A stretch of 63,930 nt of DNA from Octopus bimaculoides (GCF_001194135.2 NC_068986.1:89894497-89958426); one strand, 5' to 3'; counted from the first letter of the stretch, positions 26,570 through 39,945 are shown. Program-made: numbers and translations. Notes: generated by a model from the sequence alone, not told the origin.

Positions 26570-26730
26570 ATTGAAAATTTAATTTCACTGTTAGAATAGA
26601 TAATTTCAAAGTTGATAAATTTAGCATTAGAATAAATCACTTTAAAATTGATAATTATAATGTTAGAATAGATAATTTTAATGTTGATAATTTTAAATTT
26701 AGGATAGATAATAATAATGCTGACAATTTC
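26570..26730. repeat. Degenerate AT-rich tandem repeat (about 36-39 bp period) in the putative ZFP64 3' UTR
   Basis: TAGAATAGATAATTT...TTGATAA recurs about 4 times. Confidence 0.65.
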
Positions 26731-26856
26731 AATGGAAAGAGCAAAAATAGCTCTTCCATGATGCAAGACAATGAAGAAAACATATATACTTACATTACGA
26801 GTCAATTTTTCATGCAATGGTCAGTCACTGGTCTAAGAAATGCAGGGACTAAGTTA

Positions 26857-28820
26857 TCAGTCTGAGGTCATTGGACTGACTCTACTTGAAGTGTTGGTAA
26901 TCTGATCTAATGGCAAACAGGATGAAAGATCTGTTGAACCAGAACTCGTTACTTGTACAATAATTTCTCCATTGGCTGTTGTTGGGATGTTGATTGTATT
27001 AGCAGCAGATGTTAAAGTGCTGACCTGCTGTATGGTAGCTGGTGTCGGCTGAAGACTTGGTGGTAGGATTAACTGAAGTGAAGCTGAAGGCAAACCAGCT
27101 GCACTGCATTGTTCAAGAAGTTCGTTTTTGATATTTGAAGCGTCAATGTCAACACGAGATATTTGGACATTAATAGGAATGGTGCCTGTCTGTGAAGCAT
27201 GTTGGGATAGGATATGGAGAGGGATTTCAGATGTGGCAGAATGGTGTTGTTGGTGGCTCGTCAAAGTAGGACTTAGAGGTGAATTCACAATGCTTATTTG
27301 CTCAGGACGTTGTCCAGCAACTTGGTTCGGTAGAAGCTGAGTACTGAGTGATGCTGCCGGCATACGTATGAAAGGCAAAGAGATATTTGAAATAAGCTGT
27401 AAAGTATTGGGAGCTGCCTGCAAGAATTGTGGAGTAACAATGGTACTCTGCTGTGGCTGGCTACTCAACAAGATACCATTCATAACACTCTGAGCACCAC
27501 TACTTACAGTTGGACTACTCACAGTTGAAGGTAACACTTGCGACACTGTCGTCTGTGAGCCAGTTGCTAAAGTTGATAAAGGGGCTCCTATTGAGTCCCT
27601 TGGTTGGCAATGTACTGTCTGAGATGTGTGATCAACCAAGTTTTGGCTGATAGTCTGCGGTAGACTACCAGCTTGGCTTTCTAAAGATGCAGAATTTGTG
27701 GATTGTGAGAAAATAATATTGGAAGCCAAGTCTTTAGAAATTGATATAAAAGACGAACTACTTGGTGTCATTGCTATCGTTGCTGGGGTACTGTTTGTTG
27801 ATGATAGTGTTACTTGTTGTTGTAGCCGCTGCTCTTGTTGATGTTGTTGTGATTGTGGTTGGCCACTGATTAAAAGAGATTTTGAGGTCACCAAACTTTT
27901 TAAAATGGGTTGCTCTACATCTGAAGAAACTGAATTGCTGCTCAGGTTCCCAATATTCAAGAATGATTGTTGACAAACAGGAGCATTTTTATTCGATTTT
28001 GAAGTGTGTGGCGCTGTGATGATGTTGACAATGGATGATGTGGATACCAAAGAAGAAGATTCTGACACAGATTTCACAGATGAGCTGTTCCCAGCACCAA
28101 CAAGTAATGTTGTGAATTTGTTAGTAGAAGACACTGACTGGTTACTACTACTATTGTTGGTTGTGTTAGCAGTGAGAAGACTTGTCAGAGTTTGTGGTGA
28201 AGAACCTTTCATAGTATGGCTTGCCTGAGTGTTCACTGGCACCATGGGATTCTGTACTTCAAGCACTCTCATCGTTGAATTCTGCAGAGCCTTTTCAATA
28301 TCTCGGTGTTGTCGCATGTGGCTTCGTAAAGAATCCTGTCGGACAAACGAAGCATTACACTGCACACAGCAAAAGGATTTCTTGCAGTTTGGTTTGATTC
28401 TCATTTGAGATCCACCAGACGGTTCCAGATTCGTTATGGGTGAAGAATTGGTGCTTGCATTGGCAGAAACTTTCTCGATAAGTTCTGATTTTTTGCGTGA
28501 ACCTGTCTTCCTCTTCTGTTTCAGTTTGTCTGAATGTTTCTTTGCCATGTGAGTCTTCACATTGCTGTTCTGCTTGGAAGTGTAGGCACAATAATCACAA
28601 GAGAATGGACGATCTTCACTGTGTGTGCGCAGGTGGTTAATTAATGCACTTTTACGGGAGCATTGATATGGACAAGATGGACATTTGATGGGGCGGTCAG
28701 TATCATGAGTCTTGATATGTTCTCGGTAACTCTTACGAGAAGATGTAGCATAATTACAATTATCACAGCGGATCTGGTCGTCTGTTGAGTGGTTGATTCG
28801 ATAGTGACTTTTGAGGTTAG
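26857..28820 (-). CDS. ZFP64: ZFP64-like terminal exon 7: end of finger 6, fingers 7-9, an isolated tenth finger and a long S/T/Q-rich tail
   Basis: Acceptor (CT)n-cctacag. NLKSHYRINH...CVQCNASFVRQDSLRSHMRQH matches recalled ZFP64 CDICDASFMREDSLRSHKRQH. Ends with tandem stops TGA TAA. Lies within ORF 26857-28917. Confidence 0.93.
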
Positions 28821-29444
28821 CTGTAGGAGAGAGAGAGAGAGAGAGAAAGAGATATAAATTTAATGATGGGTATATCATCATATTTTTAAAATATGGTGGC
28901 CAAGAGTTGGGAAGCAAAACATTCTAAAGAAACAATCGAATGGACATTTACACATATACACGTGAGGGTGTAGGACAAAGGTGGGATCAAAAAAAGGATT
29001 ATTGTTTTAGGGTTACAATGTTAAATATGTTGGTAGTGGCGGCGGCAGCATGGACATTAACATCATCATCAGGTTTGTATTAGTGTGGGCAGCTTTTGGT
29101 AGGGGTGGCAACAGTAAGGATAAAAATTAACTTTAGTGGTAGGGAGGGTGTTGGGTAAGTGTCTTCCTCCAATGCCATAAGTCCACCAAAGCCTTGTTAG
29201 TAAAATTTGGTAGACAGAAGCTATGCAAAAGCTTGTCAGATGTGTGTGTGTGTGTCTATATACATACATACACATACATGTGTTCATGTATGTATGTAGT
29301 TTTGTGTGTTGTATGCATGTATGACAGAAGGAAGAGTGAGAGAGGAGAGACAGAAAGAAAGAAAAACAGAGAGATGAAGAGACAGAGAGAAGTGGGGAAG
29401 AGAGACAGAGAAAGAGAAGTGATTTGGCAATATATATGACATAC

Positions 29445-29647
29445 CTTTAATTGAACACCTGTAATCACAGAGATCACACTTGTATGGCTTCTCCCCAGTG
29501 TGGATGCGGACATGTCGCTTGAGGTCTGAATTTATTTTGAACTTTGCATCACAAAGTTGACATTGAAATGGTGAGTCCCCTGTGTGTGTACGAATGTGGA
29601 CAATCAACTGACTGGAATTACGACTGGCATATGGACATATCTGGCAC
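29445..29647 (-). CDS. ZFP64: ZFP64-like exon 6: C2H2 fingers 4-5 and start of finger 6
   Basis: CQICPYASRNSSQLIVHIRTHTGDSPFQCQLCDAKFKINSDLKRHVRIHTGEKPYKCDLCDYRCSIK is nearly identical to recalled vertebrate ZFP64. Acceptor atctacag, donor AAG|GTATGT. Confidence 0.95.
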
Positions 29648-29858
29648 CTGTAGATATAACAAACAACACACAAATATGTTAGCATTATTTCAGTTTTAAT
29701 CCTTCTGATTTCTGTTATCTTTTACTTACCTTTTATTGTTAAATACAATTTATTGTTTCAGTATTTATTCTGTTTTTTAAAACCTGATACTTATTCTATC
29801 AGTCTCTTTTGCCAAACCACTAAGTTACAGGGCAATAAACAAACCAACACCACTTGTC

Positions 29859-30092
29859 AAGGCAGCGAGCTGGCAGAAACGTTAGCACGCCGGGCGAAGT
29901 GCTTAGCGGTATTTCGTCTGCCGCTACGTTCTGAGTTCAAATTTCGCCAAGGTCAACTTTGCCTTTCATCCTTTTGGGGTTGATTAAATAAGTATCAGTT
30001 ATGCACAGGGGTCGATATAATCGACTTAATCCATTTTTCTGTCCTTGTTTGTCCCCTCTGTGTGTAGCCCCTTTTGGGCAGTAAAGAAATAA
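29859..30092 (+). mobile_element. Family B SINE in ZFP64 intron 5
   Basis: Collinear with 1519-1753. Confidence 0.8.
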
Positions 30093-30384
30093 GAGGTAGA
30101 GGACAAACACAAAGACACACACACACATAGATATATACATGTGTGTGTGCATGTATGAGGGGTTAGGTGGCTGAATAGATATAGATATATGTGCATATAC
30201 TAAAGAGAAGAGGGCTGCTCAGAAAGCAAGAGCAATGCCAGCTCCTAACTCTGTTATTACATACTCCCACTGCAACCATGAATTTCAGCTAAAATTAGCC
30301 TAATAAGCCACCTCAGGACCCACAAAATGTAAAGCTGATAATCTGGTCATCTTCAGAGACATGAAGTATGAATGTCATGTGTGT

Positions 30385-30680
30385 GTCATCATCATGTTGG
30401 CATGGGTTGGATGGATTGACTGAAGACTGGCAAGCCAGCAGGCTGCACTGGGCTCCAATCTGCTCTGGATGCCCTTCCTAATGCCAACCACTCCAAGAGT
30501 GTAGTGGGTGCTTTTTACATGCCACCGGCACAGGAGCCAGTCAGGGAGCACTGGCATCGACCACATTCGGGTCGTGCTTTTTACATGCTACTGGCATGGG
30601 AGCCAGTCAGAGGGCACTAGCATTGATTACGTTTGCATGGTGCTTTTTACGTGCCACTGGCACAGGAGCCAGTCAGGGGG
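30385..30680 (-). mobile_element. Diverged family D repeat
   Basis: GGATGCCCTTCCTAATGCCAACCACTCC...GTGCTTTTTAC units. Confidence 0.68.
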
Positions 30681-32492
30681 GCACCATCATCATACACACA
30701 CACAATGGGCTTCTTTCAGTTTCCACCTACCAAATCCACTGCACAGAGCTTTGGTCAGCCTGAGGTTATAGTGGAAGACATTTGCCCGGAGTACCACACA
30801 ATGGAACTGATCCCAAAACTGTTACTAATATTTATTTATTTATCTTATATTCCAATTGGCACAGGAATGATTATGTTATGAGGTTTGCCTTGTCACCATA
30901 GGATTCTGACTCTTGGGTTCAATCTAACTACATGGCTACCTTGGGCAAGTGTCTTCTATTATACTACCTACTGTAACCTCAAGCCACCCAATGCCCTGTG
31001 CGTGGATTTTCTAAACAGAAACTGAGAAAAAAACATGTCACATATGTGTGTGTGCATGTGTTTTTTGTGTGAGTGAGTGATTGAGTGTGTATGCGCATGT
31101 AGATGTGTTTGTGCTTATGTGTGTATACATGTATGTGTGTACACAAGTGTGTTTGTGTGTGCGAGTGTCAGATTTTCACTAACATGTGTTAGTTTGCAAT
31201 CTCCCACAAGTAAGAAGCCCCATAGTTTCGTCTCTCACTGTGAAAGAACCAGTGGATCAGCAAATGCTATGTAGTTGAACTGAATTCAAAATAACTCAAA
31301 GCAAATATATAAAAGGTCAATCACTAGTTCACTGCATTTCCAACAGAGGGAGTGATGAGGGAGTGTCATCTGTGCAACAAAGATGGAATAAAACCCCATG
31401 GTGCCTTAGTCCATCCATCCATCCTACATACACACACACACACACACATACACACATACATATGTACATCTGTGTATGGTTAAGAAGTTTGCTTCTTAGT
31501 CACATGACCTCGGGTTCAGTCTCACTATGTGGCATCTCAGGCAAGTGACTTCCACTTTAGCCCTTAGGTTGACCAATGCCTGATGAGAGAATTTGGAAGA
31601 CAGAAGCTCAGAAGTTGTGCAGAAGTCCTCATATATCTGATTAAGGAGAGGTGGTCAGCAAGGGTACTCACCAACAATAACCACAATTTATTAACTCACA
31701 ACCGTAGATTTCACCATTTCTTCCATACCATCCATTTATTTGTTTATTAATGTCTGTTTTTTCCATACTAGCATGAACTAGAGGGGTACAAATCTGAAGC
31801 AGAATTTAACACCCAGATGCTCTTTGTGTCATCAGCTCTGACTTGTTTTTCAAGTAAGGAAATTTATTTTTATTTCATGCATCTCTCAAAGCTCAGGACA
31901 ACTGCTTTGTAATGTCAACAAGAAATGTAAACATCATTTCATTGAAGCAATGACAAATTGTGGAATATCAACATTCATACACACACACATCTATACATAT
32001 GCACACACACATACAAACGGCTTCCTGTAGTTTCTGTCTACCAAGTTTACTCTCAAACCATTAGTTATCCTGGGTCTATAGTAGAAGGCACTTACCCAAG
32101 ATACCAAGCATGGAACTGAACCTTAGACCAGGTGACTGCAAAGCAAATGCCTCAATCACACATTTATGCTTGTAATTAATTATGTAGTCTATTGGCAGTC
32201 AATTTACTGTTCCTTTCGTCAACTGTCTTACCATCCACTATACCAGTCAATTTACCATTTCTTTTACCATTTCCCTTAACAGTCAATTTACTATTCTTTT
32301 TACCAGTTAACATGTCCTCCCTTTCATCAGTTATTTTTACATTCCTTTTATTATTCCTTTACCAATTCCTTTACTATTCTTCATTAACATCTCTTTTACC
32401 ACTGATTCTATTAATCCTTTTGTCAGAAATTATGCCAATTCAGCAATGCTACAGAAGTGGCACAGAAACAACAGAATTTGATACCAACTCAC

Positions 32493-32565
32493 TTGAAAGG
32501 CCTCTCATTTGTGTGAATCCGGAGATGTTTTTTCAAACTGCTGCTGTCGGCTGAGGAATATGGAC
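32493..32565 (-). CDS. ZFP64: ZFP64-like exon 5 (73 nt, absent from the ORF track): (C)PYSSADSSSLKKHLRIHTNERPF(K)
   Basis: Acceptor ttctacttcag, donor GTGAGT. It supplies exactly the finger 3 segment missing between exons 4 and 6 (recalled human DYAAADSSSLNKHLRIHSDERPF). Phases 1 and 2 fit. Confidence 0.92.
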
Positions 32566-32687
32566 CTGAAGTAGAAAATAATATATCATAGATAGAGGGG
32601 TAGTGATGGCTGTGAGGATAGGGTTTTGACTTCTGCTTTAACAAACAACCTCACAAGGCATTTCTGCACTGTGTTTCTAGGCAACTA

Positions 32688-33084
32688 AAGTGGAGGCGCA
32701 ATGGCCTAGTGGTTAGGGCAGCGGACTCGCGGTCATAAGATCACGGTTTTGATTCCCAGACCGGGCGTTGTGAGTGTTTATTGAGCAGAAACACCTAAAG
32801 CTCCACAAGGCTCCGGCAGGGGATGGTGGCGAACCCTGCTGTACTCTTTCACCACAACTTTCTTTCACTCTTACTTCCTGTTTCTGTTGTGCCTGTAATT
32901 CAAAGGGTCAGCCTTGTCACACTGTGTCACGCTGAATATCCCCGAGAAGTACGTTAAGGGTACACATGTCTGTGGAGTGCTCAGCCACTTGCATGTTAAT
33001 TTCACGAGTAGGCTATTCCGTTGATCGGATCAACTGGAACCCTCGATGTCGTAAGCGACGGAGTGCCAACAAAAAAAAAAAAAA
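32688..33084 (+). mobile_element. tRNA-Arg-derived SINE (family A), full length, in ZFP64 intron 4
   Basis: A box TGGCCTAGTGG, B-box-like GGTTTTGATTCC and a TCG anticodon-like loop. A14 tail. 13-bp TSD TTCTAGGCAACTA at 32675-32687 and 33085-33097. Confidence 0.9.
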
Positions 33085-34150
33085 TTCTAGGCAACTAGCA
33101 GTAAAATGATATTGAACTATCAGATCAGAGATATTAAGTCTGAGTTCTATTTCAGGTCTAAAGATGTCTGTCTCAAGTTTTTAACCTCATTAGACAGGAC
33201 TCTTCTCAGTTTCATGACCTAGAAGCAACCAAGAATACAATACTCTCCCTGAAAAGATGTTTGTCTGTTGCAGAGTTAACTCCCAGCTGTTGCTGCTACT
33301 CATTTTCATCTGAATGAACTGGAGTAACATAAAATGAAGTGTTTTGCTCAAGAACATATTGTGCAGCCGTCTCAGAATTGAAAGCTTGATTGTAAGTTAA
33401 ACACCCTAACTGCCCAATCATGTGCCTTCAGAATTTAAGTAGTGGTACCTTTTGAATTCTATCTTATTCTTGTTGTTAATGTCATTTAACCCCAGACCAA
33501 TCCTGATCCAGTTGATCTATAATAAAATGCTTTCCAGCAGAGACTATCTCATCTTGATTTCAGACATAGTATATCTAAAACCACATTACATTATCTTACT
33601 TTTGCTATTATGATCATAAGAAGAAAAAAATCTGCCTCAATAAATTCAATCTGACGTCAATATTTCGTCCAGGGTCTCCCTCTTCCACACCCTGAATAAA
33701 TCTGTATCGGACTGTCAACCTTTGGATTTCTATGTGTACCACAATTGATTAAATATAAATCAATTAAATGCACAAAACTATTATATCAAAGAATCTGAAG
33801 ACACTTATTCAGCAGAAATATGTGATGGAATGTAATATGAAGAAAATGCTTTTTAATGAATAAATTTTCAAGATGTATAACTCTTAATCTTTCATTATTA
33901 TGTCTTGATAAGCTCCCTCTGTATTCCACATGAAATCCACCGAAGCGAACTCGGGGTTTACCATTCGAAGGGAGTACAGTTTAATTGTTTATTCTAAACA
34001 ATTCTAAATACTTCCTATCGATCAATGTGGTTAGCCAAATCTAGATTTTATCAGATCACTTGCACAATATCTGCTCAGATTTAAAATCCCTATTCTTTTG
34101 TGTAGTGCGTGTTGTGTGTGTATGTGTGTAAAATGTATGGATATACATAC

Positions 34151-34402
34151 ACATTTCGCACTGATATGGTTTGGTGCCAGTATGGCCCCTCTCATGGATC
34201 TTCAGCTTGTCACTGCGATTAAAAGACTTTTGACACTTTGTACACTGGAAAGGCCTCTCGCCAGTGTGTGTACGGGTATGTCGGTCAAGGTCCTTCATGT
34301 AGGCCGTCTGAAACTCACACACTTCGAAAGTGCACTTGAACTTCTTCTGGAGTGTTGGTCTGGTTTTGACAGACGTTTTAGTCCCACTAGATGTTTGGGC
34401 CG
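34151..34402 (-). CDS. ZFP64: ZFP64-like exon 4: C2H2 fingers 1-2 and start of finger 3
   Basis: [64 protein letters not shown]. Acceptor tttctttcag, donor GTATGT. TGERP/TGTKP linkers are present. Confidence 0.93.
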
Positions 34403-34599
34403 CTGAAAGAAACAAACAGAAAGAGTAAAGGTGAGACAATGAGAAAGTGTGTGATACATGATGATCTCTCTCTCTTTCTTACACACACACACAAATATAC
34501 ATACACAAACAAATACACACAAACACATACACAAACACACACAAACATATATACACACATACACATACCATATGCACACACACAAACACATATACACAT

Positions 34600-34940
34600 G
34601 ATACCCTGGGCAAGTGTTTTCAACTATAACCTCAAGCAGACCAAAGCCTTGTGAGTGGATTCGGTAGATGGAAAGTGAAAGAACCCTTACGTATATGTAT
34701 ATATATATATGTATGAGTGTAATGTGTCTCTGTGTCTGTATTTGTCCCCCACCACCACTTGACAACCAGTGTTGGTGTGTTTACATCCAGAAACTTAGCA
34801 GTTCAGCAAAAGACACCAACAGAATAAGTACCAGGCTTAAAAAAAAAATTATTATTAACGGGATTCATTCATTTGACTAAAATTCTTCACAGCAGTGCCC
34901 CAGCATGGTCACAGTCTAATGACCGAAACAAGTAAACATT
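34600..34940 (+). mobile_element. Diverged family C SINE
   Basis: Partial collinearity with family C. Confidence 0.62.
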
Positions 34941-35107
34941 GAAAAAAAAATGAAATAAATATATAGACTTAAAATAGCCAGTTTCAATGCTAAAGGGCCA
35001 AAGTGAGGAAGGGCCTTGTGCAGGGTCAATCTCACTCTCTAAACACTGTATACATTTTCCCAAAAAGAGGAACTAGTCTATAACATTAGATGCAAACAAA
35101 GTCACAG

Positions 35108-35314
35108 GTGATGGCTTGTTACCAACTTAATGTGGCAGCCCCAGGAAAGGGAAGAATACTACTGCTATTTAGCCCCAGGAAACACCGTTTCTAGTTGCCT
35201 ACACAACACAAGCGTTCAAAAAGCCAACTAGAAACAGTGTTTCTTGGGGCTAAATAACATTAAGATTCTTCCCTTTCCTGGAGCTGCCATATTAAGTTGG
35301 CAACAAGCCATCAC
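35108..35314. mobile_element. Foldback/MITE-like element with about 90-bp inverted arms
   Basis: 35108-35197 and 35225-35314 are reverse complements with scattered mismatches, separated by a 27-nt spacer. Confidence 0.75.
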
Positions 35315-35613
35315 TTTATTATGCTGTTATTGCATAACTCTCTCTGAGAGATTTAGAAATTTAAAGTCATAGGTGTTACATCAGAATTTAAGGGCCTCAC
35401 TCACAACTGTTGGATGCCCATTGACCCTACTGAGTTCATCTACCCTTTGACAGGTCCTTTTGTTTTTTCATCCTGCAGGGGATCCAATGAAAACCACCCT
35501 CCTTGCCAAACAAGCTTGATACAGTTGGCAGTTTAATCGCTGACCACCTAATCGTGTGTGTGTGTCTGTGTCTGTATGTGTCCCTGCGTGTGTGCTGTGT
35601 GTCTGTGTACATG

Positions 35614-35663
<50 letters not shown>

Positions 35664-35819
35664 ATAGATGCAGACATGGCTGTGGGGTTAAGAAGTATAT
35701 TTCACAACTATGTGGTTTAAAGTTCAGTTCCACTGTGCCTACTTTGGACAAGTGTCTTCTTCTATAGCCCCAGATTGACTAATTCCTTGTGAATGGATTT
35801 GCTAAACAGAAACTGTCAA

Positions 35820-36053
35820 GAAGGCAGCGAGCTGGCAGAAACGTTAGCACACCAGGCGAAATGCTTAGTGGTATTTCATCTGCCATTACATACTGAGTTC
35901 AAATTCCGTCGAGGTTGACTTTGCCTTTTATCCTTTTGGGGTCGATAAATTAAGTACCAGTTACGCACTGGGATCGATGTAATCAACTTAATCCCTTTGT
36001 CTCTCCTTGTTTGTCCCCTCTATGTTTAGCTCCTTGTGGACAATAAAAAAATA
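35820..36053 (+). mobile_element. Family B SINE in ZFP64 intron 3
   Basis: Collinear with 1519-1753. Confidence 0.8.
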
Positions 36054-36589
36054 AGAAACTGTCCAGAAGTGCACTATGGGCACGTGTGTGTGGGAGGGGG
36101 GTGGGGTCTTTGTGTTTGTCTCTTACCAATTGACAAATGGTGTTCACGTGTTTACATCCCCATAACTCAGTGGTTCAACAAAAAGGGACAGATAAAATAA
36201 GTACCATACTAAAAATAAAAATAACAGGATTGATTTCATCAATTAAACTTATAAGACAGTGCCCCAGCATGGCCATAGTGCAGTCCAATGTATGTAAATG
36301 TGTATTTGTATGCATATGCATATGTGTGTGTATACATATGTGTGTGTGTGTTTGTCCTCCACCATTGCTTGACAACTGGTGTTGGTTTGTTTATATCCTG
36401 TGTCTTAGCAGTTTGGCAAAAGAGACCAATGAAATGAGTATCAGACTTAGAAATAAGAAACTGGGATTGATTTGTTCAACGAAACCAGTGATTCTCAACC
36501 CATTTATTACCCATGGATCCCTTTGATTTCTATTTTACTCTACTGGACCCCTTCCGTAGCCATTCACTGTGTATGAAAATGAAATTGTG

Positions 36590-36914
36590 ATGGCACCTGT
36601 ACCCAGCGTCGCCTTCTTGGCACATGTAAAGACATTCGAGCGAGATCGTGCCAGTGCTGCTGGACTGGTTCTTATGCAGGTGGCACATAAAATACACCAT
36701 TTTGAGCGTGGCCATTGCCAGTACCACCTGACTGGCCTTCATGCTGGTGGCACGTAAAAGCACCCACTACACTCTCGGAGTGGTTGGCGTTAGGAAGGGC
36801 ATCCAGCTGTAGAAACTCTGCCAAATCAGATGGAGCCTGGTGTAGCCATCTGGTTCACCAGTCCTCAATCAAATCGTCCAACCCATGGTAAGTGGACGTT
36901 AAACGATGATGATG
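36590..36914 (+). mobile_element. Family D repeat (GGCGTTAGGAAGGGCATCC core, (ATG)n tail, internal tandem units)
   Basis: Multi-copy. The tail resembles RTE-type 3' ends (inference). Confidence 0.78.
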
Positions 36915-37193
36915 TATAAAAAAAATTGTTAGAATATTTTGTGCATTGTAGAAGTTTGAACCAATTTACTGTACATAAATTTTAACAAAATCTTATATAG
37001 ACCACCTGCCAAGGGCTATATGAATCTTGGTTGAGAACCACTGAACCAAACCCTTCAATGTATTGTCCCAGCATGGCCACAAACCAATGAGTGAAGCAAA
37101 TAAAAGATAAAAGATAAAATGAAAAGATAAGAATTTCTATGAGAAAAGAAAATTAATTTTATAGGAAGAAGGTAAAAGATACGTAATACAAAC

Positions 37194-38130
37194 CTTGTTT
37201 TGTTGATGTAGTTGTAGAGGTGGTGCTTGCAGTGGTTGCTGGTAGCACAGGTATTAGACAAGTAGACTGTGACTGAAAGACTGAGTTAGCTTCAACAGGA
37301 TTGACGTTGTTAGAACAATCACTAACAGCAATATTGTGTTGGTTGACGTGGGATGATACTTGTGTAGATTGAGGCTGTTGCTGGTGGGAAGATGAAGAAG
37401 TTTCCAGGGACTGGCACTCGGATAAAAGGGAACTGGCATGACCCACAGAACTGTCAAATTCCTGAACGATAGCCATCAAACTGCTAACAGAACCTGCTTC
37501 TGAACTACCCAGCAGCCGTAGCCGGTAGCTATCAATCTGTGAAGTGTTCTGTGACTGAGTGGATGATACACACGAAGAGATATTGTTGATGGTAGTGATG
37601 GGGGTGGTGGTATTGTTGTTGGTGGTGGATGTAATGGTGGTATTGGTGGCAGTGGCAGTGGCAGTGGTGGTGGTGGTATTAATGGTGGTGGTAGTAATGA
37701 TGTTGTTGCTGTTATTACTGTAGGGTTGTTGGTTATCACAGGAGAGTAAAGTGAAGTTTTGTGGGAGAGCCTGTTGGTTGCTAGGCAATACATCAGAGCT
37801 GATCGGAGCCAAATTCTCTAAAGATTCTGTGATGATTTGCTCAGTGAAAAACTGTTGTGCAACTGCAGCATCTCTTGAAGACGTCGCATCTGCCTGAAGT
37901 TGTTCTTGGACACGTTTTACCAGAACCTGATTGCTGACATTAGTTGATGGAGCCACGATAGATGAAGACGAGGGGCTGCTGTTCAATCCTAGGCTCTGTA
38001 CTAACTGTTCTGTTGTCACAGCAACACACACTTGTGATGAGTTTTGATCCATTTTTGTAATATAAGCATTCTTTGCTTCACTTGACAGTTCCGAGAGATC
38101 TGTGGTACCATCAATAACATGACTGCTGGC
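37194..38130 (-). CDS. ZFP64: ZFP64-like exon 3: low-complexity S/T/Q/N linker
   Basis: Acceptor attttctag, donor AAG|GTTTGT. The 937 nt are open in frame (extends ORF 37159-38052 by 26 codons). Phases 0 and 1 fit the flanking exons. Confidence 0.82.
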
Positions 38131-38183
38131 CTAGAAAATAGAGTTGTCAATAATGAATGCTCATCATCATCTCTCTCTCTCTA

Positions 38184-38226
<43 letters not shown>

Positions 38227-38373
38227 ATCTATCTATCTCTCTTTCTTTATCTATCTCTTTGTCTCTCAAATATATACATTGTCTCTTATTCTCTCACACA
38301 CTCACACCCTCTCTAACACACACACACACTATCACACATTGTTCTTTCTCACACACACACACAAATCCATACA

Positions 38374-38415
<42 letters not shown>

Positions 38416-39586
38416 GACACAAATCCATACAATCTGTCACACATTTTCTCTCTCTCTCTCTCTCTCTCTGGCACACGTGAAGAGTAGACAACACAAAGAT
38501 TACACACAGAGTACACAAATTATCTTTCAGAGTTATTATCGCAAGATCCAGTGTTGTATTTTCATTGTTCTTGGTCAGCCTCACAATCCTGCCTACCTTT
38601 AAGGAACGAACGAACGAACAAACGAAGGTGGGTTGGGGAGAAGTTCTTGTCAAACTAGAACCCTTGCTCCAAATACCTGTAACAATGTGGGATCCACTAA
38701 AGGGATCAGAGGTGCCAGGTAGTTAAAGTCTATGGTAAGATTTGAATTTGGGAATGCAAGGAGATGGAAAAAATACCAAGGGGCATTCTATCCAACGTTC
38801 AAACAACTCTGCCAATTCGTCACTTACTCAAATACGACACCTTTAACAAAAAATAACTTCTAAAATACAAAATTTTGTCAAAAACGTTAAGAGTAAACCC
38901 TGTTCTACGTGACACATTCAACCAGTATCCAGAGATTCAAAGTGTTTACTTAAAAATAATTAATTAAAAAATCTGTGCTTGAGATGATCCAGGATCAAAA
39001 ACTGTTTTAAAAAAAGGTTTAGGTGTTTTAGGTTGTTGATTTTTAATGGGTCGAGTGACCATGTGTAGACCCCATGATTGAGTTCCTGTATGCTTTACTA
39101 TGTGTGCAAGTATTTCGATGGATTTTTATATGTGTATATGTGTATTCATGGGCGCGCGCGCGTCCGTTGTGATATCTGTCTGCCACTAGATTTAATGATA
39201 CGGACAAATATTTGAGAAACATTTAACAGCTCAGATAAGGGAGAATACTCCTGTATATTGGAACCACAATTATCTCCCTTACATGATCCTCTTTCATTTC
39301 TGTTTAATCTCTGCGTATATATATGACGTGTTTGGGACGCAGTTTTGATTTTAGACTCATGCACGACAATTAACGCACTTTATACAAAAATATTCCCCCT
39401 GTATTAAGATAATTCACTTCTCTCACTAACGATGTCTTTTTCATTTTCCTTGGTGGTTCCACAATTTGCTTCCTCATAATTTTCTTATAATGTAATATAA
39501 TAATGCTTTATTTCTTTTACATTATAATTTATAATATATTTTATAACAATATTTGATACGAAAGGAAATAATAAGAATCTGATATA

Positions 39587-39779
39587 CAGGGTGGCCCAAA
39601 AGTAGGTTTCATATTCATATATTAACAGTTTAGATCTTAGTTGTAAAAAAAATATGAAACCATTATTCTATGCTAATTTAGTTAATTGTAAGATAGAAAT
39701 TTAAATGTAATAAAATGTTTTAAAAGAAATTTAAAGTGTCTACATGATAACTGTAAACCTACATTTTGGGGCCACCCTG
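39587..39779 (+). mobile_element. Tc1/mariner-type MITE (193 bp)
   Basis: TIRs CAGGGTGGCCCAAAAGTAGGTTT and AAACCTACATTTTGGGGCCACCCTG. TA on the left, CA (probably mutated TA) on the right. Confidence 0.78.
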
Positions 39780-39914
39780 CATTAGATTAGCATGACCCAT
39801 ATTTAACCACCAGCACTCACACTCAACCATCACCACTAATATTCACATATCATCACTAATACACAACCATTATCACTCGTACTTAACCATCACCTGAAAC
39901 TGTATAGAAACTGG

Positions 39915-39945
<31 letters not shown>

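Noticed and set aside
32691-32760. tRNA-Arg-like cloverleaf with A and B boxes (also near 16780, 57480 and 59680)
   Set aside because: These are SINE heads continuous with SINE bodies, TSDs and tails, and the acceptor stem is not intact.
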